A stretch of 64,000 bases of DNA. It comes from a virus. The notes beneath the pieces were generated by a model that saw nothing but the letters and a program-made list of their open reading frames with translations, did no database searches and was not told the origin of the DNA. The stretch lies in the IMG/VR virus record IMGVR_UViG_3300045988_131485. One strand, 5' to 3'. Below, in pieces: positions 44,009 through 52,823 of this stretch. How positions within the stretch are numbered: the first letter of the stretch is position 1; each line of letters starts with the position of its first letter. The translations under genes and the position numbers were made by a program.

Positions 44009-44562
44009 AACTGACAAAGAAGCAGCTCTCCGCCCTACAACGGATTGTAGGGCGGGAGCAGACCCGATATGACGAAACCCAGTCGGAGGCTCTGGCTGGT
44101 GTTCATCCCAGCGAGAAGCATTTTGCCATAACAGATGGAACTATGGTGGTGCTGTTTGCGGAACAGCCCGAGGGAATCCCCGTAGGTGATCGGACGGAAA
44201 CGTATGATAAATACGTTCAGGACTATCTCAAGGACGCGAACGCTTCGTTGGTTGTTTCGCCGCCCACTGTGGATGATTGCAAAAAGATCATCCGTGAGTG
44301 GAGAGGTATGAAGCCTCTTTTCCCGAAGATTACCGTTACCACCGAGGATGAGAACGGCGCTCCTATGACGAGCTATTTCGACGCTTATCGCTATCTGGAT
44401 ATCTTGGAGGCTGTCGGGCCGTATCGTAACATCTATATGGGGAGCAGCGACACAATACGGACGCCGTACCCGTGCCTACTGGTGTATAAGCGGTGTGGAC
44501 GTGACGAGCGAGATAGTGTCAACTGGGACGAGCCGGCATTTCTGCTGCCGTGCCGTCCTTGA
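44005..44562 (+). CDS. hypothetical protein
   Basis: 185-aa ORF with a 4-nt overlap with the upstream gene. Confidence 0.6.
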   Translation: MKLTKKQLSALQRIVGREQTRYDETQSEALAGVHPSEKHFAITDGTMVVLFAEQPEGIPVGDRTETYDKYVQDYLKDANASLVVSPPTVDDCKKIIREWRGMKPLFPKITVTTEDENGAPMTSYFDAYRYLDILEAVGPYRNIYMGSSDTIRTPYPCLLVYKRCGRDERDSVNWDEPAFLLPCRP

Positions 44563-44577
44563 CAGGAGGAGGATGTT

Positions 44578-44802
44578 ATGAGTTTTGAAGACGCGCTTGA
44601 AAAGCTCTTGTCTCTGGGCATCTATAAATGTCTCGCAGAACGAGTTTTGAGAACTGTTTGCAAAACAGGAAGAAGCATGGACGTTATGGTAGGGAACGAG
44701 ATTTATTGTATCAATGCGGTATATTCGGGTGAGAGACGCGAGGATACGAAATTCTGGGGACTTGCTACAAGCAACTATACTTTCGATGTGGGGAGAGTTT
44801 GA
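44578..44802 (+). CDS. hypothetical protein
   Basis: 74-aa ORF with an AGGAGGAGGA RBS. Confidence 0.5.
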   Translation: MSFEDALEKLLSLGIYKCLAERVLRTVCKTGRSMDVMVGNEIYCINAVYSGERREDTKFWGLATSNYTFDVGRV

Positions 44803-44803
44803 C

Positions 44804-45538
44804 ATGACCAGACGGAAAGTGATTTTCTGGAACGATCTGAATGACAGCTATATCGTTTCCGAGGAATATAACGGCGACAAGGCTGAAATGGAACGCTTCG
44901 GCCTTGGAGCCTGCGACCATACTTGGCCTGAGTTTATGGAGGCTATGAGCAGCGTGAGCAACATGGCGGACTTCCTCAAGGTGATCTCCTACATCACTGC
45001 CAGTTACCATGCTACTGTCAATGGCGTGCCTCTCCCGGAGCAGGCCAATAACCTGCCTGGGTCACGGCTGAATGTCGCCCATAGCCATAAGGAGCTGTAT
45101 AACTTAGTTGGCGACATGGATGAGGTGTGGGAGGTCAAGCGGAATATCTCTGGCGCTCATCTGCTGGACGTGTCCACCATCGCTCCCAAGCCCAAGCAGG
45201 TCTGGGACGGAAAGGAAGTCATAGATGAGGATGACTTCGACTACGCCACCGCAAAGCCCGGTGACTTTGTGACTCAGGCCGTAGTGGACAATGCAATGGA
45301 TTGTCTGCCACCTGTTTGTATGAGTGCCCGGTGCTCTCAGATGGGCGAGCCGTACTCCAGCAAGCTGGATGAAAAGACCGGCGAATGGCGGAGCATCTAT
45401 GCCACCTTCCGTAAGGTCGGTGGAGAGTGGCCGAATGGTATTTGGGAATACTGCGGTCACTGCTTCCGGGGTGAAACAGTGGAACGGGGCAAAGAAATGG
45501 CTCATATCCAAAATTTTCTCGCTACTATTGAGAGATGA
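44804..45538 (+). CDS. hypothetical protein
   Basis: ORF-track 44714..45538. The ATG at 44804 follows GGGGAGAG and avoids overlap with the previous gene. Confidence 0.55.
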   Translation: MTRRKVIFWNDLNDSYIVSEEYNGDKAEMERFGLGACDHTWPEFMEAMSSVSNMADFLKVISYITASYHATVNGVPLPEQANNLPGSRLNVAHSHKELYNLVGDMDEVWEVKRNISGAHLLDVSTIAPKPKQVWDGKEVIDEDDFDYATAKPGDFVTQAVVDNAMDCLPPVCMSARCSQMGEPYSSKLDEKTGEWRSIYATFRKVGGEWPNGIWEYCGHCFRGETVERGKEMAHIQNFLATIER

Positions 45539-45573
45539 GGTTAGCATCCGTCGTCTCCCGCCTTAATTACAGA
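45539..45573 (+). promoter_or_regulatory. degenerate class-A motif (P19) embedded in a hairpin
   Basis: GGTTAGCATCCGTCGTCTCCCGCCTTAATTACAGA. The 9-bp hairpin CGTCTCCCG..CGGGAGACG followed by AAAATTTT overlaps it. Confidence 0.4.
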
Positions 45574-45603
45574 CGGGAGACGAAAATTTTGGAGGTGTTA
45601 ATT

Positions 45604-46422
45604 TTGAAACGGTTTAAGGTGCAAACCGCAGACGGCCACACTTTGCTGCTCTACTATCCCACCCAAGAGAAAGCCCAGGAGAGCTACCCGGACGCCACAA
45701 TTACGGAACATACCGACCAATCTCATGTAGAGTACATTGAGCGGATGCTTGCTGCCGCCAACGATTGTAAAACGGCGGAACGCAAAGGTTCTACCGTTTA
45801 TCTTCTCAGGTTTAATACGTCGGCGGGCATCTGTTTGGCGATGCTTTCCCGAGATATCAGCGACGGAATGTGGTACGACTTGTGCCAGTATCAATTCTGG
45901 AAATCCGGGGCACTGGTCGCTCCAATCACTAAGACCCTATCTAATCCGGCTGCGTTTTGTAAACAGTTTCTTTTCCCGAAGTCGGAATACCAAGTGCTTT
46001 GCGCTGGCGGCAAGCTCCCAAAGCCGGAAGAAATCAGAGGCGTTAGGAAATTCGCTTCTGTCCCTTTTGAGGGAATATGTCAGTGCCAGCTATTCCTAAA
46101 AGGTGACGACTTATATATCAAGCATAACGACTACTTTTCAGAAACGCACTCCACCGGAAAGATTGATCCGCGCACCAACATGGAGGAACGGGTGCTATAT
46201 ATTTGCCACGCATGGCTGAGGATTACCAATTTTGTACCATTGGTAAAACTCCTGAACAACGTGGAAATTTCTGCCACAGTTTGGCCTATGCTTCGGGACT
46301 TCCACCAATGGCCGGCAGGTGAATATAATATGGAGTGGAACCGCTTTTTGGAGGGTGTAGCGAGGGCTACAAGAAACTATCTGAGCAAAAAGGAGGTAGG
46401 TTATGGAACAGAGAACTTGTAA
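45604..46422 (+). CDS. hypothetical protein
   Basis: ORF-track 45535..46422 starts inside P19. The TTG at 45604 follows GGAGG by 8 nt. Confidence 0.55.
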   Translation: MKRFKVQTADGHTLLLYYPTQEKAQESYPDATITEHTDQSHVEYIERMLAAANDCKTAERKGSTVYLLRFNTSAGICLAMLSRDISDGMWYDLCQYQFWKSGALVAPITKTLSNPAAFCKQFLFPKSEYQVLCAGGKLPKPEEIRGVRKFASVPFEGICQCQLFLKGDDLYIKHNDYFSETHSTGKIDPRTNMEERVLYICHAWLRITNFVPLVKLLNNVEISATVWPMLRDFHQWPAGEYNMEWNRFLEGVARATRNYLSKKEVGYGTENL

Positions 46423-46891
46423 TATCATCATGTGCTGCAAGGGGCATTGCAAACTCGCGGGCGAAAATGCTCCGCCGTTGGAGGCCATCGCTGCATACAT
46501 GAGCGCTGAGTGCGCTTGTCCGAAGGAAGACTACACCGGAAAGCTGATGGAAATGATTTTGAGAGAGGCGCTGTTTGATTATATGGCGGGCGCGGACAAG
46601 CCCGGATATGAGCTGCGCCAGCTTCTTCAGCAATATGCCACACGTGACCCCAATCTTTCGGAGCGTATCTACACCTTATTCCAGTTAGCCCAAGTGAGAG
46701 ATGATAACAGGTATGTCAATGGGTTTACGGATAAATTGCTCCGGCAAAGTGAGATTGATCTTGGAGCCTCCAGAGACAGTATGCCCTGTCTTTTGGATGA
46801 AAAGAAGATCGTCAATTATCCTTGTTCTCGCGCCTGCCCGCTTTTTGGAGACTGCGTTACAAAGTGGTATCAGGTAAGAAAAAGAGCTTGA
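46403..46891 (+). CDS. hypothetical Cys-rich protein
   Basis: 162-aa ORF. Confidence 0.55.
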   Translation: MEQRTCNIIMCCKGHCKLAGENAPPLEAIAAYMSAECACPKEDYTGKLMEMILREALFDYMAGADKPGYELRQLLQQYATRDPNLSERIYTLFQLAQVRDDNRYVNGFTDKLLRQSEIDLGASRDSMPCLLDEKKIVNYPCSRACPLFGDCVTKWYQVRKRA

Positions 46892-46893
46892 CC

Positions 46894-46929
46894 GGTTAGC
46901 AATCCCCCTTTTCTTTCTGTAATAGAAGT
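46894..46929 (+). promoter_or_regulatory. class-A promoter-like motif (P20)
   Basis: GGTTAGCAATCCCCCTTTTCTTTCTGTAATAGAAGT, upstream of the methylase-helicase gene. Confidence 0.6.
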
Positions 46930-47002
46930 GAGGGGCGCGGTTCTGAGAGGACTCCGCATAAAAGCCTCTCTCCAGAAAAAGAAAGATAGAGCAGGTGAAA
47001 GA

Positions 47003-50000
47003 ATGAAGTATCAATACCTTAATGAACCGATTCCCCAGGAAGCCCGACATGAGTTGAACGACAAGATCCTCTATTTGGTAGACCAGGATTTGGCCGAACA
47101 GTCTGGGATCTCCCGTGAGGATATCTATAATGCCTATACCGGAGACGGTGGATTGCATGGCCTGAAACGCTCTGACTTTGCCAACTATCATGAGTATGCG
47201 GAGGCTAAGAAGGAGATCGAGAACGGTCAGTTCTTTACACCTCCCGCTCTTTGCCAGTTTATCATGGAGGCGCTGTCCCCTGCTATGGACGAAACGGTAG
47301 CAGACCTCACCTCTGGCATCGCCAACTTCTGTAACTTCATGCCGCTGGAGGCAAACTTCTACGGCTGTGAGTTGGACATCAAGTCCCACAAAGTAGCGCA
47401 CTATCTTTACCCCGCCGCTAATCTGGAACACCGTGATATCCGTTTCTATCAGCCGAATATGCGGTTTGACTATGTAGTGGGCAACCCTCCGTTCAATCTG
47501 AAATGGGAGACGGAGGGTGGCGAGATCATCTCTCAGATGTACTACTGCCTGAAAGCGGCGAAGCTGCTGAAGCCTCTGGGCATTATGGCGATTGTGGTGC
47601 CGGCGTCTTTCCTGGCCGACGAATATTTGGACGGTGCGAAAATTTCCGAACTGGCAAAAGATTTCTCTTTCCTGGGTCAGGTCTCCATTCAGAAGGATGC
47701 GTTCAAATCTCTTGGCGTGGATAGCTACGCTACCAAGATACTCTTTTGGCAGAAGAAGCTGGACGTTGCCGACAAGGGAGAACCTTATGCTCTGAACAGT
47801 GCCAACTGGTTCAATCTGACCGACATGAATAACGCGGCAGAGCTGCTTGAGATCGTCCGTAAGGAAGTCGTTGCCCCGGCCAGAGAGCGGATGCGGAGCA
47901 ACAGTGCCCGCGTTAAGCTGGTGTCGATGGGTGGGAGCGACAATGCGTTCGAGTATGAAGTGCGGAAGCTGATGTTCCATATCAAGTCCAACCCCAAACT
48001 GATAGACAAATATGCCAAGTGTCAGGAATATCTCTACAAGTTCCGCCATCAGGAACAGCCCAAGGATATGAAGTATGAGGAATGGGCAAAAATCCGTATT
48101 ACGGAAGCTAAGGTATTGGCCTATCTTCGTCGTGTTATCAAGTCTCAGCATAAGAAGCCCAGCCAGGATGTGGTACGACTGGTCAAGCAGGATGGAGGGC
48201 TGATTTACAAAGGGTACAGCAAAAAGGCACAGAACAGCATGAGCGACGGCATGAAACAGCTCGTTCCCTTCTATGCCCTTGCCTCTGGACAAGCGGATGA
48301 TACAGGTCTTGAGCAGTATGCCCGCCTTATTCGTCGTAAGCAGCGCGACTATGAGCGAGAGACAAAACCTTTTACCGAGATGGAACAGGACGCCGAGATC
48401 GCTCAGTTCCTGGATGACTTTACCGTTTATGACAATGAGAACGAGGAGTGGATTCACCTCAATAACACCCAGAAGCACGACCTGAACCTCGTTCTTCAGA
48501 AGCATTATCATCTGTTACAGTGGGAACAGGGTGGTGGCAAGACGCTGGCCGGCATCTCCACAGGCCGGTATCGGATGGAGCGTCAGGGCGCTCGTAACGT
48601 GTGGGTGGTATCCACTGCTATCTCCATCAAGAACAACTGGGATCTGGTGTTCAAAAACTATGGCATGACCAACTACCGGATGATAAAGTGCCTCGCCGAC
48701 CTCGACAAAGTACAGGATGGGGAGTTCGTTATCATCACCCTGAATATGCTTACCAAGTACCGTAAGCAGATCAAGCGCCATATCAAAATGCGGGACCAGA
48801 ACGTGTGCTTGGTGTTCGATGAGTCCGACGAGATGACCAACCCGGATAGCAAGCGCACAAAGGCTGTGTTGGATTGTTTTCGGAGAGTACGGTTTAAGCT
48901 GGAAATGACTGGCACTGTCACCCGGAACAACATCTCGGAATGTGCGCCTCAGCTTGAGCTGCTTTATAACAACTCTTACAATATGCTCTCCTGGGCAGAA
49001 GATCTATATTGCTATGAGAAGGATGACTGTGAGGAATATCTGAACTGTTCAAGTAATCCTTACTACGGCCAGCCCTTCCCTGCTTATAAAGCTGGATACA
49101 ATCTGTTCGCTGAATCCCATCTGCCTGAGCGGATCACCGTTTTCGGAGTGGGTAAGAAAACCCAAGACATTTACAATGCGGATGTCCTGAACAAGCTCCT
49201 CTCCTACTCGGTCATCACCCGGACTTTCGCGGAGATCACCGGCAAAGAGATACGTAGACTTCATCAAACCCCAGTTTCATTCGCTCCTGCAGAGCGTGAA
49301 GTCTATCAAAAGGCCATGGAAGAGTTTTTCTCCATGCGCCAGCGGTACTTCGCCCTTACCGGGAATAGCCGCAAGGATAGCATGATGGCGCTGATCCAGC
49401 AGATTACTTTGTTGCTCCGTATCTCTGCTGCACCCAACACTGTGGAGGAATACGACAGCCCGAATACGCCGGTCAAAATTCGGAAGGTTTGTGACATGGT
49501 GGGCGAATGGAAGGATGAGATTGTAGTTATTGGTGTCCGCCATAAGAACGTGGTGGAAGCATACGCTAATGAAATCCGCAGGAGATTCCCGGATCGGAAG
49601 CTGTTTGTCGTGACCGGCTCTACCACCACTCTGGCCGGACGTCGGAAGCTGAAAAATACTCTGAAAGAAAGCGGAAACGGCATTCTCCTTTGTACCCAGC
49701 AGTGCCTCCCCTCCTCTGTCAACTTTGAGTTCGTCAACAAAGTTATCATCCCGGAGCTGCATTACAACAATGCGCGGATGAGCCAGTTCTATATGCGGTT
49801 TGTTCGCTTTACCTCTACGGACTGGAAAGACATCTACTTTGTTACTTACTCTGGAAGCATTGAGTCCAACCAGATGCAAATGGTGCTCGCCAAAGAGAAA
49901 CTGAACCTTTTCATGAAGGGGCAGGACGTAGATCTGGATGAGGTGTATGACCGCTTTGGCGTGGATTATGACCTGATGAGCCTGTTGATGTCTCGTGAGG

Positions 50001-50053
50001 CAGACGAGGACGGAAACTTCAAAATCTCTTGGGGAGAGCAGAAGATCAGCTAA
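47003..50053 (+). CDS. N6-adenine DNA methyltransferase fused to SNF2/SF2 helicase
   Basis: Motif IV is VVGNPPFNL in the N-terminal third. Helicase motifs are QGGGKTLAG (I), VFDESDEMTN (II) and a C-terminal helicase-C-like region. The ATG at 47003 lies downstream of P20. Confidence 0.8.
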   Translation: MKYQYLNEPIPQEARHELNDKILYLVDQDLAEQSGISREDIYNAYTGDGGLHGLKRSDFANYHEYAEAKKEIENGQFFTPPALCQFIMEALSPAMDETVADLTSGIANFCNFMPLEANFYGCELDIKSHKVAHYLYPAANLEHRDIRFYQPNMRFDYVVGNPPFNLKWETEGGEIISQMYYCLKAAKLLKPLGIMAIVVPASFLADEYLDGAKISELAKDFSFLGQVSIQKDAFKSLGVDSYATKILFWQKKLDVADKGEPYALNSANWFNLTDMNNAAELLEIVRKEVVAPARERMRSNSARVKLVSMGGSDNAFEYEVRKLMFHIKSNPKLIDKYAKCQEYLYKFRHQEQPKDMKYEEWAKIRITEAKVLAYLRRVIKSQHKKPSQDVVRLVKQDGGLIYKGYSKKAQNSMSDGMKQLVPFYALASGQADDTGLEQYARLIRRKQRDYERETKPFTEMEQDAEIAQFLDDFTVYDNENEEWIHLNNTQKHDLNLVLQKHYHLLQWEQGGGKTLAGISTGRYRMERQGARNVWVVSTAISIKNNWDLVFKNYGMTNYRMIKCLADLDKVQDGEFVIITLNMLTKYRKQIKRHIKMRDQNVCLVFDESDEMTNPDSKRTKAVLDCFRRVRFKLEMTGTVTRNNISECAPQLELLYNNSYNMLSWAEDLYCYEKDDCEEYLNCSSNPYYGQPFPAYKAGYNLFAESHLPERITVFGVGKKTQDIYNADVLNKLLSYSVITRTFAEITGKEIRRLHQTPVSFAPAEREVYQKAMEEFFSMRQRYFALTGNSRKDSMMALIQQITLLLRISAAPNTVEEYDSPNTPVKIRKVCDMVGEWKDEIVVIGVRHKNVVEAYANEIRRRFPDRKLFVVTGSTTTLAGRRKLKNTLKESGNGILLCTQQCLPSSVNFEFVNKVIIPELHYNNARMSQFYMRFVRFTSTDWKDIYFVTYSGSIESNQMQMVLAKEKLNLFMKGQDVDLDEVYDRFGVDYDLMSLLMSREADEDGNFKISWGEQKIS

Positions 50054-50059
50054 TAATAA

Positions 50060-50083
50060 AACCGCCCTCTTCGGAGGGCGGTT
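50060..50083. terminator. bidirectional terminator
   Basis: AACCGCCCTC-TTCG-GAGGGCGGTT between convergent genes. T/A-rich runs lie on both sides. Confidence 0.75.
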
Positions 50084-50086
50084 CAT

Positions 50087-50683
50087 TTAGGCCATGTACT
50101 TATTGCGGAATATACGAAGCATTCCGTTTTCCCATGCCGTTTTGACATGGCCTCTGCACCATTTTGTGTATCGGTCGAATTGAAGTGCTGCCGCTTGATT
50201 GGACAACCCGTATGTTGCCTTGATCTCAGAAGCGGAACGGATACCCATTTCACGCAGGATAGGAAGCGGAGCAAGTAAATTCCAGGCGAAGTAGTCTGCC
50301 TCGCTCTCGAACTGGTCATAGAAGCCCCTTTGCTCATTGTAGGCGATTTCGGCTCCCTCTATGACTTCCAGATGGCCTATATAGATATGGCCGATCTCAT
50401 GCGCCAAAGTCCACCGGATACGGCCAGCGTTCATTTCAGCATTGTAGAGAATAAGATAACGGTTTGTATCTGGATCGTAGTGCGTCGCTCCAGAATTGCT
50501 TTTGCATAGAACGGCAACGTCTTGGACAGTGCATCCAGTGACTTCGGCCATTTCCTGATACGACAAAATACGACAGCTTTTGGGGATGCACTGCAAGAGC
50601 AATTCAGGTTGGATAGGATAGGATACAGAATCCATGTCCTGGTAAAGCTCCAAGACCTTACGCTGTACAAAAACACTCCTCAC
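50087..50683 (-). CDS. ImmA/IrrE-family metallopeptidase
   Basis: HEIGHIYIGH (HExxH) in a 198-aa protein directly downstream of an XRE repressor gene. Confidence 0.85.
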   Translation of the reverse strand: MRSVFVQRKVLELYQDMDSVSYPIQPELLLQCIPKSCRILSYQEMAEVTGCTVQDVAVLCKSNSGATHYDPDTNRYLILYNAEMNAGRIRWTLAHEIGHIYIGHLEVIEGAEIAYNEQRGFYDQFESEADYFAWNLLAPLPILREMGIRSASEIKATYGLSNQAAALQFDRYTKWCRGHVKTAWENGMLRIFRNKYMA

Positions 50684-50734
50684 TATTTTGCCCTCCTTTC
50701 GCTACACGGAGACATCATAAGTGCATATTATAAT

Positions 50735-51121
50735 TTATTCCGTGTCCAATAAAACGGACTTCTTCTGCTGCGGATTATTCTCATCGGAAAAAGCGTAGTC
50801 AAATCCGATTTTCAGAATACCCATCATGCGGTTTCTATCCTGCTCAGTCATGCGCTCTCTGGCTCGCTGGAGGGTAATATAGTCGGGGTCGCCAAGCATG
50901 GTATCGGCAGTAGAGCGCACATTAGAAGCGCCTACCAGGTAGTCAATGGAGACATGGAAATACTCGGCGATCTTGGAGATTTTATCAATGGTTGGAGAGG
51001 TAGCGCTTTTCCACCTTCCAATAGAATATTGGCTCATACCAAGTTCGGATTCCAGTTTGTTGATTGTGATGTTATTTTCAGCACACAATTCTTTAATCCT
51101 TGTAAAAATGACAGAGTCCAT
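50735..51121 (-). CDS. XRE-family HTH repressor (CI-like)
   Basis: N-terminal IKELCAENNITINKLESELGMSQYSIGRWKSATSPTIDKISKIAEYFHVSIDYL is a typical HTH_3 domain. Confidence 0.9.
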   Translation of the reverse strand: MDSVIFTRIKELCAENNITINKLESELGMSQYSIGRWKSATSPTIDKISKIAEYFHVSIDYLVGASNVRSTADTMLGDPDYITLQRARERMTEQDRNRMMGILKIGFDYAFSDENNPQQKKSVLLDTE

Positions 51122-51151
51122 AACACAACCTCCAAACAGAGAATTTGAATG

Positions 51152-51169
51152 TCACGAATTTTTTCGTGA
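51152..51169. promoter_or_regulatory. operator O1 (TCACGAA-N4-TTCGTGA)
   Basis: Perfect palindrome just upstream of the -35 of the rightward promoter. Confidence 0.6.
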
Positions 51170-51176
51170 AAAGCAC

Positions 51177-51205
51177 TTGACAGCATGAAAGTAAGCTGGT
51201 ATAGT
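51177..51205 (+). promoter_or_regulatory. sigma-A promoter TTGACA-17-TATAGT (rightward, PR-like)
   Basis: -35 at 51177-51182 and -10 at 51200-51205, with TGG upstream (extended -10-like). Confidence 0.7.
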
Positions 51206-51215
51206 AAATACCAGA

Positions 51216-51231
51216 CACGAACTTATTCGTG
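51216..51231. promoter_or_regulatory. operator O2 (CACGAA-N4-TTCGTG)
   Basis: Second copy of the same palindrome, 10 nt downstream of the -10. Confidence 0.6.
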
Positions 51232-51299
51232 AAGTTGATTATATCATATCACACGTTTTCAGTTTAGTCAACCTAATACTTATTTGGAGGCGCGTAAAA

Positions 51300-51761
51300 A
51301 TGCACATCGTAAACAGTATGGCAGCAAACTTCGGCAAATATGATTTAGATGTCAGCGCCGTGGGGATGCGGAGTATCAGCGAGACGGACATTAAGCTCCC
51401 GTACACTGGTGTCCTCCCCGTACAGATGTCAGCGTCCTCTGGTGCCTATGTCTACCTCAACGTCCAGCTGGCTCAAGGCGCACGCCTGGTTCTGGTTGCG
51501 CATGGGAAGGGCAAGGATATCAAGCGTCCTCTCGAAGCGTCCAGTGAAGAGATTATCGCTTTGCTGGATGGGTTTTTCAAGCAAAACCAAGACGCTACCG
51601 GCCTTGCTCAGTATTGGCTCGGTGTGTGGCAAGCTCATTATACGGAATGGAGAAAGATCGTGACCGGCCCGGATCGGCTGTTGACAATCCTCTCTTCCCT
51701 GTCCGTAACGGATCGTGAGTTCCTGTGTAAGCATATGATGGACGTGCCGGCGACAGAGTGA
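51300..51761 (+). CDS. hypothetical protein (first rightward gene after switch)
   Basis: 153-aa ORF with a GGAGG RBS. Confidence 0.6.
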   Translation: MHIVNSMAANFGKYDLDVSAVGMRSISETDIKLPYTGVLPVQMSASSGAYVYLNVQLAQGARLVLVAHGKGKDIKRPLEASSEEIIALLDGFFKQNQDATGLAQYWLGVWQAHYTEWRKIVTGPDRLLTILSSLSVTDREFLCKHMMDVPATE

Positions 51762-51793
51762 GGTGAAGCGGATGTCCCCGAAAAATTTCGCAA

Positions 51794-51858
51794 ATAATTT
51801 TCTTGTTTGCTATTGACAATCTCACCTACGTATGGTAAGATAGCAACATAGAAAATGA
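51794..51858. promoter_or_regulatory. sigma-A promoter (TTGACA-17-TAAGAT) bracketed by inverted class-B motifs
   Basis: Minus-sense AATAGCAAACAAGAAAATTATT (51794-51814) and plus-sense GATAGCAACATAGAAAATGA (51839-51858) flank the -35 (51813-51818) and -10 (51836-51841). Confidence 0.55.
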
Positions 51859-51882
51859 TTTGAACGGATTGGAGAGGGGAAT

Positions 51883-52800
51883 ATGATCCGTAACAAATTC
51901 TTTGAAGACCCGGACGGCGGCTATGCTAAGGTAGGCGTCAAGAAAAACTTTGATATCGCCTGGAAAAAGGTTCTGGCCTATGAAGAGCAGACAGGCCAAT
52001 CGCTGGACAATGGCTTTACTAAGGAACAGTATGTGTCCATGTTCAACTCCATGAGGGTTCGTCACACCAGCATTTTCTTCAACTATAAAAGCCATGTGAT
52101 GAGCTATGTGCGATATCTGATTGCCAATGGCGTGCTGCCGGCAGAACAGGAAAGCATTTTGGCCTCCGTCACTGTGGACGACCTGAAAATCAACGAGACC
52201 AGCGGAGTGCAATACTACAAGAACTTGGGTATGCTCCACCAGGCAATCCAGGATTCCATCAAAGTGTCCGAGTGCTACGATGAAACCTTGTTTGACCTGC
52301 CCGCTGTAATTCTTTTCCTGGCTTGGTTTGGATTGACCGAAGAGCAGATCATCAATTTCCCCAAGGAAGATGTGCTTGATGACGGCGTGATGATAAACGG
52401 TGAGAAGACCGAGATGCCGTTTGAAATCTTGCAGATATTCAAGCGTCTGAGGGATGCAGAGGGATACTACCAGCAGGCCAGAGGCGTAATCTTCCGTGCC
52501 TATGTCTATTCAGATAACCTGATTCGGACGGAGCGGAACAGCAAGATCAACGTCTCTAAGATGCAGGGTCTGGTAAATCGTCTGAATACCCTGATGGACG
52601 GTGCCTACTCGCTACGGTACAACGTAATACACCAGTCCGGTATATTCTACCGTGCTCATCTGCTGGAATGCGAGAGTACCCAGTTCAATCTGGAAGACCC
52701 GGAGTTTGCGTCTAAGGTGTTTTGCGAGGATCTGTCCAGCAAGGTCAAGCACACAGCCCGGATCAGAGACTACAAGCTCTACAAGCAACTATTCTACTAA
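51883..52800 (+). CDS. hypothetical protein (weak resemblance to tyrosine-recombinase fold, catalytic residues not evident)
   Basis: 305 aa. The LAWFGLTEEQIINF segment resembles the box-I region of integrases, but I see no RHRY signature. Confidence 0.5.
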   Translation: MIRNKFFEDPDGGYAKVGVKKNFDIAWKKVLAYEEQTGQSLDNGFTKEQYVSMFNSMRVRHTSIFFNYKSHVMSYVRYLIANGVLPAEQESILASVTVDDLKINETSGVQYYKNLGMLHQAIQDSIKVSECYDETLFDLPAVILFLAWFGLTEEQIINFPKEDVLDDGVMINGEKTEMPFEILQIFKRLRDAEGYYQQARGVIFRAYVYSDNLIRTERNSKINVSKMQGLVNRLNTLMDGAYSLRYNVIHQSGIFYRAHLLECESTQFNLEDPEFASKVFCEDLSSKVKHTARIRDYKLYKQLFY

Positions 52801-52823
52801 ATGGCTTCGGCCATTTAGTTCTT

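Noticed and set aside
29840-46929. The regularly recurring 36-bp motif as a CRISPR array
   Set aside because: The spacing is irregular (350-1500 bp), the intervals contain protein genes with RBSs, and the repeats are not palindromic CRISPR-like units. They behave as promoters.
46685-48511. 608-aa minus-strand ORF
   Set aside because: It is antisense to the methyltransferase-helicase gene, which has clear catalytic motifs. No RBS or motifs, so it is a shadow ORF.
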